A DNA stretch of 64,000 bases. It comes from Macrostomum lignano. Taxonomy: Eukaryota. The translations under genes and the position numbers were made by a program. Below, piece by piece: positions 12,780 to 25,539 of the stretch. The stretch covers positions 73,538 through 137,537 of the forward strand of contig NIVC01000912.1 in the NCBI GenBank assembly GCA_002269645.1. Reading direction: 5' to 3'. Position 1 is the first letter of the stretch. Each line of letters opens with the position of its first letter. Below the pieces are notes generated by a model. It was given only the letters and a program-made list of their open reading frames with translations, did no database searches and had not been told where the DNA came from.

Positions 12780-13790
12780 GGGTAGAGGGAGAGAGAATAG
12801 AGGCGAAGAGGAGAGGAAGAGAAAGAGGTAAACAAGGAAAGTGGGAGAGGGAAAGGAGAAGGAGAGGAGAGGAGAGGAGAGGAGAGGAGAGGAGAGGAGA
12901 GGAGAGAAGAGGAGAGGAGAGGAGAGGAGAGGAGAGGAGAGGAGAGGAGAGGAGGGAGAAGAGAGAGAGAAGAGGGGAGAAAAGAGGGAGGAGAGGAGAG
13001 GAGAGGAGGGGAGAAGAGAGAGAGAAGAGGGGAGAAGAGAGGGAGGAGAGGGAGGAGAGGAGAGGAGAGGAGAGGAGAGGAGAGGAGAGGAGAGGAGGGG
13101 AGAAGAGAGGGAGGAGAGGAGAGGAGAGGAGGGAGAAGAGAGAGAGAAGAGGGAGAAGAGAGGGAGGAGAGGGAGGAGAGGAGAGGAGAGGAGAGGAGAG
13201 GAGAGGATAGGAGAGGAGAGGAGAGGACAGGAGAGGAGAGGAGGGGAGAAGAGAGGGAGGAGAGGAGAGGAGAGGAGAGGAGGGGAGAAGAGAGAGAGAA
13301 GAGGGAGAAGAGAGGGAGGAGAGGGAGGAGAGGAGAGGAGAGGAGAGGAGAGGAGAGGAGAGGAGAGGAGAGGAGAGGAGAGGAGAGGAGAGGAGAGGAG
13401 AGGAGGGGAGAAGAGAGGGAGGAGAGGAGAGGAGAGGAGAGGAGGGAGAAGAGAGAGAGAAGAGGGGAGAAGAGAGGGAGGAGAGGGAGGAGAGGAGAGG
13501 AGAGGAGAGGATAGAAGAGGAGAGGAGAGGATAGGAGGGGAGAAGAGAGAGAGAAGACGAGAGGAGAGGGGAGAGGGAGAAGAGAGGGAGGAGAGGAGAG
13601 GAGAGGAGAGGAGGGGAGAAGAGAGAGAGAAGAGGGGAGAAGAGAGGGAGGAGAGGGAGGAGAGGAGAGGAGAGGAGAGGAGAGGAGAGGATAGGAGGGG
13701 AGAAGAGAGAGAGAAGACGAGAGGAGAGGGGAGAGGGAGAAGAGAGGAGAGAGGAGAGAAGAGAGGACAGCACAGGAGAGAATGTGAGGA
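12780..13790. repeat. About 1-kb polypurine (GAGGA)n / AG-rich tract
   Basis: Almost purely A/G on the + strand. The Ser/Pro/Leu and Arg/Gly/Glu ORFs over it are repeat artefacts. Confidence 0.97.
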
Positions 13791-13862
13791 AAAGAAAAGG
13801 GAAGGATATTGAGCATCCCAAAGCCAGCAGTCCTGCTCTTTCCCCAAGACTCAGACCGCCCC

Positions 13863-15844
13863 TCAATCACGCGGCGGAGGCGGCCTCAGCACTGTGCACT
13901 GCAGCGCGTCTGGCGAGCAGGCCTCGTAGACGGCCACCCTGCCGTCGGAGCGCATGTCCCGCAGGACGCAGGCGCAGCCAGATGTGGCGTCGAATTTATT
14001 ATAGAAGATCCTCGGATACCGAGTGTTGGGCATCACGTTGTTCGGATCCAAGTTCAGGGCGCCGTTGCAATACACTACGGTTTTGCCGTCTATAGTGGTG
14101 GCATCGCACGGCGGAAAGTTTTCGGCTAGTTGGAATTTGCGCGCCAGGTGCGCGTCGGCGGCGGCTTTCATGCCGCGCAAGTAGTCGGTCTCCAGCAGGG
14201 AGGGGTGGTAGAACCGGCCGCGGCTGTAGCCAACGCACTTGTACTTGCTGAAGTAGAACCTGACGATGTGGTCCATCGGACAATCAGTCATTCATCCCTC
14301 TATGACCCATTGGATTATCAGTCATCCACCCCTCTATGAACCATTAGACAATCAGTCATCCTTCTCTCCATGACCCATTAGACAGTCATCCACCCCTCTA
14401 TGAACCATTAGACAATCAGTCATCCTTCTCTCCATGACCCATTAGACAGTCATCCACCCCTCTATGAACCATTAGACAATCAGTCATCCTTCTCTCCATG
14501 ACCCATTAGACAGTCATCCACCCCTCTATGACCCATTAGACAATCAGTCATCCTTCTCTCCATGACCCATTGGACAGTCATCCACCCCTCTATGACCCAT
14601 TAGACAATCAGTCATCCTTCTCTCCATGACCCATTGGACAGTCATCCACCCCTCTATGACCCATTAGACACAATCAGTCATCCTTCTCTCCATGACACAT
14701 TGGACAGTCATCCACCCCTCTATGACCCATTAGACAATCAGTCATCCTTCTCTCCATGACCCATTGGATAGTCATCCACCCCTCTATGACCCATTAGACA
14801 ATCAGTCATCCTTCTCTCCATGACCCATTGGACAGTCATCCACCCCTCTATGACCCATTAGACACAATCAGTCATCCTTCTCTCCATGACCCATTGGACA
14901 GTCATCCACCCCTCTATGACCCATTAGACAATCAGTCATCCTTCTCTCCATGACCCATTGGACAGTCATCCACCCCTCTATGACCCATTAGACAATCAGT
15001 CATCCTTCTCTCCATGACACATTGGACAGTCATCCACCCCTCCATGACCCATGGGACAATCAGTCATCCATCCCTCCATGACCCATGGGACAATCAGTCA
15101 TCCATCCCTCCATGACCCATGGGACAATCAGTCATCCATCCCTCCATGACCCATGGGACAATCAGTCATCCACCCCTCCATGACCCATGGGACAATCAGT
15201 CATCCATCCCTCCATGACCCATGGCACAATCAGTCATCCATCCCTCCATGACCCATGGGACAATCAGTCATCCATCCCTCCATGACCCATGGGACAATCA
15301 GTCATCGTTAATTTCGAGCACCCAGAAAGCGCCCTCAAAAAAGCAACTCGAACCTCTGCCACTCGAACAGGTCGGCTAGCTGAGCTCCGCTCAAGCCGTC
15401 CAAATTATCAGAGAAGCTGCCACTCTCGGCGCCCGTATCGCTAGTAGCGAAATTCCTCGAAGCGTCTCGTCCAGTGAACTGCTCGTACTCGCCCCCAGGC
15501 TTATAGAAGGCCGACTCGCTAACGTCGAACACGGTGCCCAGTATGGACAGGTGCCTATTACGCTGCAGCTGGGTATCGTCGAACAGAAAGTACAAACAGC
15601 TGTTCTGCGCATTCTTCTCGGCAAATCCCTCTTTATTGCTGCGGCCAAACAATTGTCTGGAGAACTCGGCCACAAGCCGGTGCACTCGCAGGTACGCCGG
15701 GAGCAGGCGGCGGGTGAGGCCCGCAGAGCCGAGACCGCCAGTTGGCAACAGCACGGCAACTAGGCCGCATAGCAAAGCACCGAATAGCAACAGACACCAG
15801 GCTGAAGTGCGCATTGTACTTTCTGGCTGAAGTAGAAATGCCAT
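13863..15844 (-). CDS. CYB5D2: Neuferricin (cytochrome b5 heme/steroid-binding domain protein); exons 15844-15354 and 14259-13863
   Basis: N-terminal hydrophobic segment, LSILGTVFDVS, YKPGGEYEQFTGRDASRNFAT, then FYFSKYKCVGYSRGRFY, FPPC, PRIFY..CACV and YEACSPDALQC, matching the CYB5D2-specific Cys-rich C-terminus. GT-AG intron in phase 2 at both ends. Confidence 0.92.
14270..15305. repeat. Minisatellite filling the CYB5D2 intron: alternating 34+30-bp dimer changing to a 34-bp monomer
   Basis: atgacccattagacaatcagtcatccttctctcc alternates with atgacccattggacagtcatccacccctct. Confidence 0.95.
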
Positions 15845-15904
15845 TTAAAGTATTGCTTTCTTGGGTAATGGGATTAGCATTATTGCTACGATTTTAAAGT
15901 CTGA

Positions 15905-16940
15905 CAGAAAGAAAGCTCAGGACCCTTCAAGTCCTTCTAATGATCCTCCGCTGCCCTTCAGCCCCTTCTAATGGTCCTCTGCTGCCCTTCAGCCCCTTCT
16001 AATGGTCCTCTGCTGCCCGTTCAGGCCCTTCTAATGGTCCTTCGCTGCCCTTCAGCCCCTTCTAATGGTTTTCTGCTGCCCTTCAGGCCCTTCTAATGGT
16101 CCTCCGCTGCCCTTCAGCCCCTTCTAATGGTCTTCTGCTGCCCTTCAGGCCCTTCTAATGGTCCTCCGCTGCCCTTCAGCCGCTTCTAATGGTCCTCTGC
16201 TGCCCTTCAGGCCCTTCTAATGGTCCTCTGCTGCCCTTCAGGCCCTTCTAATGGTCCTCTGCTGCCCTTCAGGCCCTTCTAATGGTCCTCTGCTGCCCTT
16301 CAGCCCCTTTTAATGGTCTTCTGCTGCCCTTCAGGCCCTTTTAATGGTCTTCTGCTGCCCTTCAGGCCCTTCTAATGGTCCTCCGCTGCCCTTCAGCCCC
16401 TTCTAATGGTCTTCTGCTGCCCTTCAGGCCCTTCTAATGGTCCTCTGCTGCCCCTTCAGGCCCTTCTAATGGTCCTTCGCCACACCCTTCAGGCCCTTCT
16501 AATGGTCATTCGTCACACTCTTCAGGCCTTTCTAATGGTCATTCGTCACACTCTTCAGGCCTTTCTAATGGTCATTCGCCACACTCTTCAGGCCCTTCTA
16601 ATAGTCCTTTGCTGCCCCTTCAGGCCCTTCTAATAGTCCTCCGCTACCCCTTCAGGCCCTTCTAATGGTCCTTCGCCACAACCTTCAGGCCCTTCTAATG
16701 GTCCTTCGCCACACCCTTCAGGCCCTTCTAATGGTCCTTCGCCACACCCTTCAGGCCCTTCTAATGGTCATTCGTCACACTCTTCAGGCCTTTCTAATGG
16801 TCCTTCGTCACACTCTTCAGGCCTTTCTAATGGTCATTCGCCACACTCTTCAGGCCCTTCTAATAGTCCTTTGCTGCCCCTTCAGGCCCTTCTAATGGTC
16901 CTTCGCCACAACCTTCAGGCCCTTCTAATGGTCCTCCGCT
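15905..16940. repeat. 28/29-bp minisatellite grading into a ~35-bp variant, upstream of CYB5D2
   Basis: Core ccttctaatggtcct...cccttcagg throughout. Confidence 0.95.
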
Positions 16941-17679
16941 GTCCCGCTCGGGTCATTTGAACGAATTTGCCCAAAAAAGGAAATACAGCTAGAAATATAA
17001 AATGACAGAAGTAGTTTCAAGCTCTAAAATAAGAACCGTGAAAGAAAAGAAAATGAAATAGTCACATTAAATTATTTTAAGTAGTTGAATTTCGCATGAT
17101 ATAAGCATAAACAAGTGCGGTATTCAAGAGGACTACCAGGTGGCCATAATTATTTACAGTCAGGCAGCGAATCTGCCGCAGAGAACTGAGTGACCGACAG
17201 AGAGAGAAACAAGACAGACTAACCAGTCCTGTGCAAGCCGTATTAAATAAATGTTATAAAATCGCAATAAAGAATCTTGTGTGCTCTTATTGTTTTTTTA
17301 AAGTTGCCAAAATGTGCATCTTTACTGTAGTAACTACTCGATAAGTAGTATAGCAGCATTATTAAACAGAGTACATGTTGATAAGATAATTAGTGTAATA
17401 AAAAACGCACAAAATTACCGCAGTGTGAAACTGATAATTGCAGGGTAAATAAATGAAGACACTTGAGATCGAGAGCGGAGAGAAAACTGCTTAACTTAAA
17501 CACGGCACAGGCTATAAAAGGAATTTTATGGTGCAGTTACTCGCTAACGATAATAACGCACTGATTTGAGAGACCGCGCCTCAGATGGCAGAATGTACTA
17601 AGAATGTTGCTCAGGAATTCAAGCGCAATCAGGGACATTATAGATTTTACGCGTACAGAGAGGAGGCTGAGAGATGGGG

Positions 17680-17821
17680 ACAGACAGACAGACAGGCAGG
17701 CAGACAGACAGACAGACAGACAGACAGACAGGCAGGCAGACAGACAGGCAGGCAGACAGACAGACAGACAGGCAGACAGACAGACAGACAGACAGACAGG
17801 CAGGCAGACAGACAGGCAGGC

Positions 17822-17906
<85 letters not shown>

Positions 17907-17929
17907 GGCTGACGGACAGACAGACAGGC

Positions 17930-17970
<41 letters not shown>

Positions 17971-18061
17971 GTCAGACAGACAGACAGACAGACAGACAGG
18001 CAGACAGACAGACAGACAGACAGACAGGCAGACAGACAGACAGACAGACAGACAGACAGTC

Positions 18062-18098
<37 letters not shown>

Positions 18099-18230
18099 GT
18101 CAGACAGACAGACAGACAGACAGACAGGCAGACAGGCAGACAGGCACACAGACAGGCAGACACTGAGACACAGACAGACAGACAGACAGACAGGCAGACA
18201 GACAGGCAGACAGACAGAAGGACAGATTGA
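17680..18230. repeat. (CAGA)n microsatellite
   Basis: Direct inspection. Confidence 0.97.
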
Positions 18231-18789
18231 CAGAGATGGTGAGATGTACAGAAAGCCATAGCCAAACTCAAAGTGCGCATACGGTGCAAATAAGACTCAG
18301 CAGAGGAAATGTTTTAATCGCAGCAGTTAGGCTACAGTAAATAGTAATGAATTAAAAGATAGCAATAAAAATTAATATAGCAAGCAATCTATAGACGGAC
18401 AGAATATTACTGTTTGAATAGAGCAGCTTGTAACCACAGGTCGGGTAGGCATTCATTAAAAAGGCCCAATAACAGGACGCGCCCGCGCTGCAGTCAGACT
18501 TAGCAAAAATGACGAAATGCAACTACTATGAGTAGTAAGTCTGCTACTAGACAGCTGCTAGCGTGGCGTAAAGCTTAATTGCACTGCCAAAATACGAGAG
18601 CTGCTTGCAACGAAAATTCAAACAATCTGTTGAATCAATCAAAAAGCCATGGCGAGTTTTGGAAATGGAATTATATTTAACCAATAGTTCTTTATTTAAT
18701 GCGGAATATTGCTTGTTTCGATAGCTACGGGTTTTAAAGAACTATACGGAGCCACTCCGTTAGGAAGAGCTGCATTGAAGATGAAGATG

Positions 18790-18867
18790 GACTGAGATGG
18801 ACAGACAGGCTGATGGACAGACAGGCTGACGGACAGGCTGACGGACAGACAGACAGACAGACAGGCT

Positions 18868-18919
<52 letters not shown>

Positions 18920-18934
18920 GGCAGACAGACAGGC

Positions 18935-18983
<49 letters not shown>

Positions 18984-19063
18984 GGCAGACAGACAGACAC
19001 ACAGACAGACAGACAGACAGACAGACAGTCAGACAGACAGACAACAGACAGACAGACACTAAT

Positions 19064-19094
<31 letters not shown>

Positions 19095-19130
19095 GTCAGA
19101 CAGACAGACAACAGACAGACAGACACTAAT

Positions 19131-19160
<30 letters not shown>
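18790..19160. repeat. (CAGA)n microsatellite
   Basis: Direct inspection. Confidence 0.97.
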
Positions 19161-19161
<1 letters not shown>

Positions 19162-19326
19162 GTAGAACACAAGCCAGAAATGCAGGCCTAGAAATAAGAG
19201 GATGGTCAAACTCAATTGACACTAGAAGCCCAAAACCCTCAATATCGAATAAGTAGTTGACAAAACCTATGTGCAATAACCAAAGTGACTTCCCAGAAAC
19301 CCCAAGAAAGTCAGCCAGCCAGCCAG

Positions 19327-22300
19327 TCAAGGCGGCCCCAAGGCGGCGTCGCAGTCCAGCCCGTTCTCCAGCACCTGCCTGGCCAATCTCAGCTGGTCGG
19401 AGGTGGAGCTGGAGCCTTGCAGAGAGGCCTCCAGCGGCTGGCGGGACTCCTCCAGGAACAGGTCCGGATGGTCGCGGGCGTAGGCGGCCAGAAAGTGGAA
19501 GGCGAAATGGTCGCCTCCGGGCGGGTGCTCCGGCCGGTAATCCAGGGTGCAGCCGGGCGGCACCTGCTCGGACAGCAGCTGCGTGTCCTCCAGGGTGGCC
19601 GAAGCTTTGCCGGAATCGTAGCAGGGACCGAATGAGGAGAATGGATCGTAGTAGACTGGCCTGCGGGTGGGACAGCGACACTTTTTGGAATGCATGCTGC
19701 CGTCTTCTCTGCACTTAGCTTCGGGGGTTGGATGGTAGTTTCGGGTTTGGATGGTAGTTTCGGGTTTGGATGGTAGTTTCGGGTTTGGATGGTAGTTTCG
19801 GGTTTGGATGGTAGTTTCGGGTTTGGATGGTAGTTTCGGGTTTGGATGGTAGTTTCGGGTTGGGATGGTAGTTTCGGGTTGGGATGGTAGTTTTGGGTTG
19901 GGATGGTAGTTTCGGGTTGGGATGGTAGTTTCGGGTTGGGATGGTAGTTTCGGGTTTGGATGGTAGTTTCGGGTTTGGATGGTAGTTTCGGGTTGGGATG
20001 GTAGTTTTGGGTTGGGATGGTAGTTTTGGGTTGGGATGGTAGTTTTGGGTTGGGATGGTAGTTTTGGGTTGGGATGGTAGTTTCGGGTTGGGATGGTACT
20101 TTCGGGTTTGGATGGTAGTTTCGGGTTTGGATGGTAGTTTCGGGTTTGGATGGTAGTTTCGGGTTGGGATGGTAGTTTCGGGTTTGGATGGTAGTTTCGG
20201 GTTTGGATGGTAGTTTCGGGTTGGGATGGTAGTTTCGGGTTGGGATGGTAGTTTTGGGTTGGGATGGTAGTTTCGGGTTCGGATGGTAGTTTTGGTTTGG
20301 GATGGTAGTTTTGGGTTGGGATGGTAGTTTCGGGTTGGGATGGTATTTTTTGGGTTGGGATGGTAGTTTCGGGTTGGGAAGGTACTTTTTGGGTTGGGAT
20401 GGTAGTTTCGGGTTGGGATGGTAGTTTTGGTTTGGGATGGTAGTTTCGGGTTGGGATGGTAGTTTTGGTTTGGGATGGTAGTTTCGGGTTGGGATGGTAG
20501 TTTTGGTTTGGGATGGTAGTTTCGGGTTGGGATGGTAGTTTTGGTTTGGGATGGTAGTTTCGGGTTGGGATGGTAGTTTCGGGTTGGGATGGTAGTTTCG
20601 GCGTTTGAATGGTAGTTTCGGGTTGGGATGGTAGTTTTGGTTTGGGATGGTAGTTTCGGGTTGGGATGGTAGTTTCGGGTTGGGATGGTAGTTTTGGGTT
20701 GGGATGGTAGTTTCGGGTTCGGATGGTAGTTTTGGTTTGGGATGGTAGTTTTGGGTTGGGATGGTAGTTTCGGGTTGGGATGGTAGTTTTTGGGTTGGGA
20801 TGGTAGTTTCGGGTTGGGATGGTAGTTTCGAGTTTTGGATGGTATTTTTGGGTTGGGATGGTAGTTTCGGGTTGGGATGGTAGTTTTTGGGTTGGGATGG
20901 TAGTTTCGGGTTGGGAAGGTACTTTTTGGGTTGGGATGGTAGTTTCGGGTTTGGATGGTATTTTCGGGTTAGTTTTTATGTTTATTTTTCGGGAATATTA
21001 ACCACACTTTTCAAACTTTTTACTCGTAAGTTAAATAAACAAGCGATGCTTACTTAAACGGCGCAACTCGATTCCGTTTATCCTCTCTGAATCCCACCAG
21101 GCAAGGTGTGCCGCTCTGCAGCCGGCCCACCTGCTCGCCAATCGTCATGCCGCCGCCGCCGCCGCCGCCGCCTGCGCGACGCTGCTGCTGCTGAGACGCG
21201 GTTGTCAAAGTTGTCAGAGTTGTTGGCGGTTGATTCGACGAATCCCGACAGCCCGAGGCCGCCGCCGACTGGTCGACTTTGACAGTAGCTGTTGATGCAG
21301 CCGCAGACTCGGCTGTGCCGGGCTCAGGCTGGTCCGGATTGGCCAGCAGCTGGGGATTAAGGCCGAACTGGTTGGTGCCGTTGGCCGCTCGGACTATCTG
21401 CGACTCCAGCGCGACCAGGTTCTCCGACATCACCTGGGGTTACATTGGCGAGTGGCCGTATCGCTTTATGGGGGCAGTTACCGATCGGGTATGCGGGAGG
21501 CGGCGGTGTAAGGGGTGTAGGGGGGATCTCTTTGGGGTGGGGAAGGGCGGTCGGATCTCTTTAAGAGATCTCTAAAGAAAGAGGGCGGATCTCTATAGGG
21601 TGTAAGGGAGTGGATTTCGATGGGGTGTAAAAGGGAGGGCTGATCGCAGAGGCGGTTCTTTTAAAAACAGACGGGCCAGTTTTGATAGGCTTTAAAAGCG
21701 TTGTTCATTATTTTCAAATCCCGAACCTGAGCGGCCTCGCGCAGAGCCGGATCCCGCGCGTGCCGCCGTCTAAACGCTTCCGCCATGGCCAACAGGTCGC
21801 GCCGAAACGCGCTGTAGGTGACGTAGCGACCGGCGCGAATCATCAGCCGCATGCTGTGCAAATCGGTTGGCGGCCGGCTGCCGACAGTTGCGGCCGAAGC
21901 TCCAGCGGCGTCCAAAGGCGGATAAGCGAAATGCTGGCTTGGGTCGGTGCGCTGCAGAGCGTCGACCAGCCGTTCCAGAGCCTGGCGCAACGGCAAATAG
22001 CCGGTGGCTAGAGGTGCCTGGTTGGCCAACGGTGTTGTTACTGAAGGCGCCGCTGACGGAGGCGGCTGTGGCTGCGACGGCTGCGGCTGCGGTGGAGCTA
22101 GCGACGAACCGGACGTTGGCGCCGGCGGCTGCAGCGGCGGAGGAGGCGGCGGCGGAGGCGGAGGCGGCGACATCAAAGAATTGGACGCGGACGCCGGCCT
22201 CTTAGTTGGGGTTGAGGCGGGCGAGTCGCCGCAGCCGGCGCTCTGCATTACGCCAGGCGTTGGTGCGTCGTCATCGTCGGCAAAGATGGCGCCCTCGGGC

Positions 22301-22704
22301 AGCGGCTTGGGCGGGCCGTCGTGCACGCCGGGGTTCTTATTGGCAACGTGGCGATTCCGGGACCACTTGGTGTTGAACCAGAGCGGGCAGCGGGGCACGG
22401 TGCACTTGTACACAATCTTCAGGTGCACCGACTTGAAGTGGACGCGCAGTGCGGCTTTGTCATAAAGCGACTTGTCGCAGGACGGGCAGATAACGCGGGA
22501 CTTGCCATCGGGACCCTCGGCATCGAGCACGACAGCCTCGTGCATCACCTGGGCCAGCTTGCGGCGCAGCGTCATCCGGCTGGGCGACAGAGAGGCCGCG
22601 TCGGCACCGACGTCGCTGTCGCCGCAGTCGCTGCCGGCGGCGCTGGCGCCAATAGCGGAGTTGGCCGCCGATCCGGTGCCATCAACTTCATCCATGTCGG
22701 ACAT
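19327..22704 (-). CDS. Chimeric protein: basonuclin/disco C2H2 zinc-finger pair + degenerate BRD7/9 bromodomain + partial DUF3512; exons 22704-21727, 21433-21054, 19660-19327
   Basis: Exon A: [62 protein letters not shown] (disco/BNC signature), then [26 protein letters not shown]...[11 protein letters not shown]...Y...F..DL (BRD7/9 bromodomain). Exons B-C: [41 protein letters not shown], matching BRD7 GRLQSGVNTLQGFKEDKRNKVTP...YGPYSSYAPHYDS. GT-AG junctions in phase 0 and 2. An acceptor near 22730 may indicate an upstream exon or trans-splicing. Confidence 0.88.
19725..20970. repeat. 20-bp G-rich minisatellite (ggatggtagtttcgggtt(t/g)) filling intron B/C of the chimeric gene
   Basis: Direct inspection; about 60 units. 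Confidence 0.97.
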
Positions 22705-24933
22705 GGCTGGCTGGCTGACGCTAGCAAGCTGCAAGGTGGATTGTCAGATTAAATATAAGCTTTTATCTCCTTAAATAAATATTGCCTGCGGTGCTTAAAT
22801 AGTACTGTCAATTAAATTCTTGTTGGCTGGCTAAAATTGTTCTATGTAATCTGTAGTGCCTACTAGTTAGTAGTTTTAAAAGTCCATTGTGATGCCAATT
22901 GGCTACCAACACAATTCAGACAATATAAACATAGCTAACTGGTAAGTAGTAGTAATAGTAATACTAATAGTAGAAGTATTAGTTATTGTTGTTATTATTA
23001 TTGTTGAAAAACTATTTATTTTATTAGCAAGTAAATAAGTAGCATTCATATAAAAACATTAAAAATAAAGAAACTTGCACTTTGCAATCATCAATTACAA
23101 TGATAAAAGCAATTCATAAAGGGTATAATCTTACACTAGGCTATTGAATTAAATTACTTCTTTGAATGATAATATAAAATTTTTGTACTATTGTACCCTT
23201 GTATTTTTCTTGCATGTACTATCTTGTCTCTCCTAGTCTCTCCAAAAATATAGACCCTAGCCTTATAGTTTTCCTTAAATAATTAAGTAATTTAATAATT
23301 ATCCCAACTCTATCCTCACTATACAAAGTGACATAAGATTTATCAACAAATGAAAAAATATAATTTGTTGGACATTTTTTCAATTCTCCCTTAATGAGAA
23401 TATATATTATCTCACTTTGTAATCTGCTTTGCAATTATAACTTTCTTATTTCTCTTTGTATATCCCTTAGATATAGGACAAAAGCTCTGATCAGGGACTA
23501 TGATTCATACACATGCAACCTCCAAAATTTAGTCAGCCGTGCAACTTAGTTTTAACAAAAAATGTGATATAGTTTTTGGCCAAAAATGCAACTTACATGT
23601 AAAAGAAAACTTGGAGCAAAATTAATGCTACTTGGGTAAACAGCAGGAATAACTATAACTGTCTTACCTGGTATCAAGGCAAAATGCCTCATTATCTATT
23701 TAGTACTACTTGGGTATTTATTTGGGTGGGCATTTTTGTGATTTACCTTGGTTGGCTGCCAAATCAGTGAGCCAGATTGGCCGACTCAGCTGACTGTTGC
23801 GCATGTATGCTATGATTGTACCTCCCTAATAGATTAGGCTATAGACAAGCACTTCTATAGATAAGTATATAACCAAACTAGCAAATCTATTAAGAAATAT
23901 GCAAAAATATGGGTTCAATATTTTTAATATATACAAATATCATTAGTTATAATATTACTCTTACATAAGTGGATAATTGCATTATTAATGATGCAATATA
24001 TAATTACTTATATGAGTAGTAGCAATGATAGAAAATATATATTGCTAAATACTAGCAAGGTTATAGATTATAATATTGGCATAAACAAAGTGCAAAACAA
24101 ATAGAATTGCTATTAATTTAATGTTTTCTTGCTTAAAATTTTATAAGGTTTATTTTATAAAATTTTAAACTTTAAATAGGCCTAAACAAAACATTTTAGG
24201 CCCTCAATCTCTTCAAAAAACTTTTGCTTTTGGATAATTCTAATAGATATAAATATAGATAATAAGTTTTGTTTATATTATAAAAAAACTAAAATAGAAT
24301 TATAAATTAGGATACTCTAAACAAAACTATTTTCTAAAAAGTTTTATAGCATTTAGCTAGGGCCTATACTTAATATAGCTTATTATTAGCTTATTAAAGT
24401 CAAAGATTTAATTCAACAAAGGCGAAGCACAAAGTAATAGCCAATTTTTTGGTTTGAAAGAATACTAGGCCTTAGCCTATAAAAATTTGCAAAAAGAGAA
24501 AAGCAAATATATAGCTAGCTAGCAAAAATATAGCAAAAATATATTATTAATAAAATATAGACCTAGCCTATTTCTACTTTCTTCTAGATCTTAACATTAT
24601 ACTTAGATTTATATCTATTTTCCTAGCATATATATAACTTTGGCCAATTAGTTTTTATTAATATCAAATTAAACCAACATTAAAATATATTAGCTAATGA
24701 TGTATACAACAAACTAGGGCCTAAGCAAATGGTATGATTTTGCAATTTTGCATAATGATTTACTTACCCCTTATTCTTGATCAGCAACCCTATTCTGCTT
24801 GTTGTCTAGTGTATAGCCACCCCACTTTAATTATGTACATTTTAAATTTCAAATCAATTAATTTTGTTTTAATATTGGTAGACCTAAAAGGCAAAAACTG
24901 ATTAGCCAACAAAGTTATGTACATGTCAATTGT

Positions 24934-25539
24934 GGCATAGTTCTAGTTTACTTTGCAATATTATTTCATAGTTCTACTTTACTTCGCGATATTATTTTTG
25001 TGTTTATTGCATTTACATAGCATATTCTACATCTGTACCCAAACCACAACCCTTTCAGCTTAATCTGCACAATGGCCGGCCACCAGTGTGGCCACTACAG
25101 CAACCAAAGAAATTATCGCAGGATAAGAAAAAAATTGCAGGAACAAATTTCTTAATTGTCATAGAAAAAAGGCACATAGTGAACCACTGGCTGCACTTTG
25201 TCGACCCAAACAATCCAATGGTGCACATAAACCACATCGAGGGCACCTAGGCCCTTGCCAAGAGGCGCCTGCGCGCAATGCATGGTACAAGCGATGCACT
25301 CTTCGAGAGTTATCTCGAAGAGTATATCTGGTGCCGCTTGTACCTGAACAATGCATTTGGCACTGTGCTTTACTGGGCTTCTGTGTATTACCCTGTTTAA
25401 GTGACTCGACAACTTCAACTGACTAGTGACTGTTTTTCTGACTTGTGACACTTAAGCCGAACCTGGAAAGTGACAAAAATAGGGTGAAATAATTTAGTGA
25501 AAGGCAAAATAATATTGCGAAATAAACTAGAACTATGCC
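24934..25539 (+). mobile_element. Non-autonomous Merlin (IS1016/ISXO2-like) DNA transposon, 606 bp
   Basis: 33-bp TIRs starting GG (GGCATAGTTCTAGTTTA.TT.GCAATATTATTT, 2 mismatches), perfect 8-bp TSD tcaattgt at 24926-24933 and 25540-25547, and a second TIR-like copy at the left end. Internal frame HIVNHWLHFVDPNNPMVHINHIEGT*ALAKRRLRAMHGTSDALFESYLEEYIW...YPV matches the ISXO2 transposase C-terminus. Confidence 0.92.
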
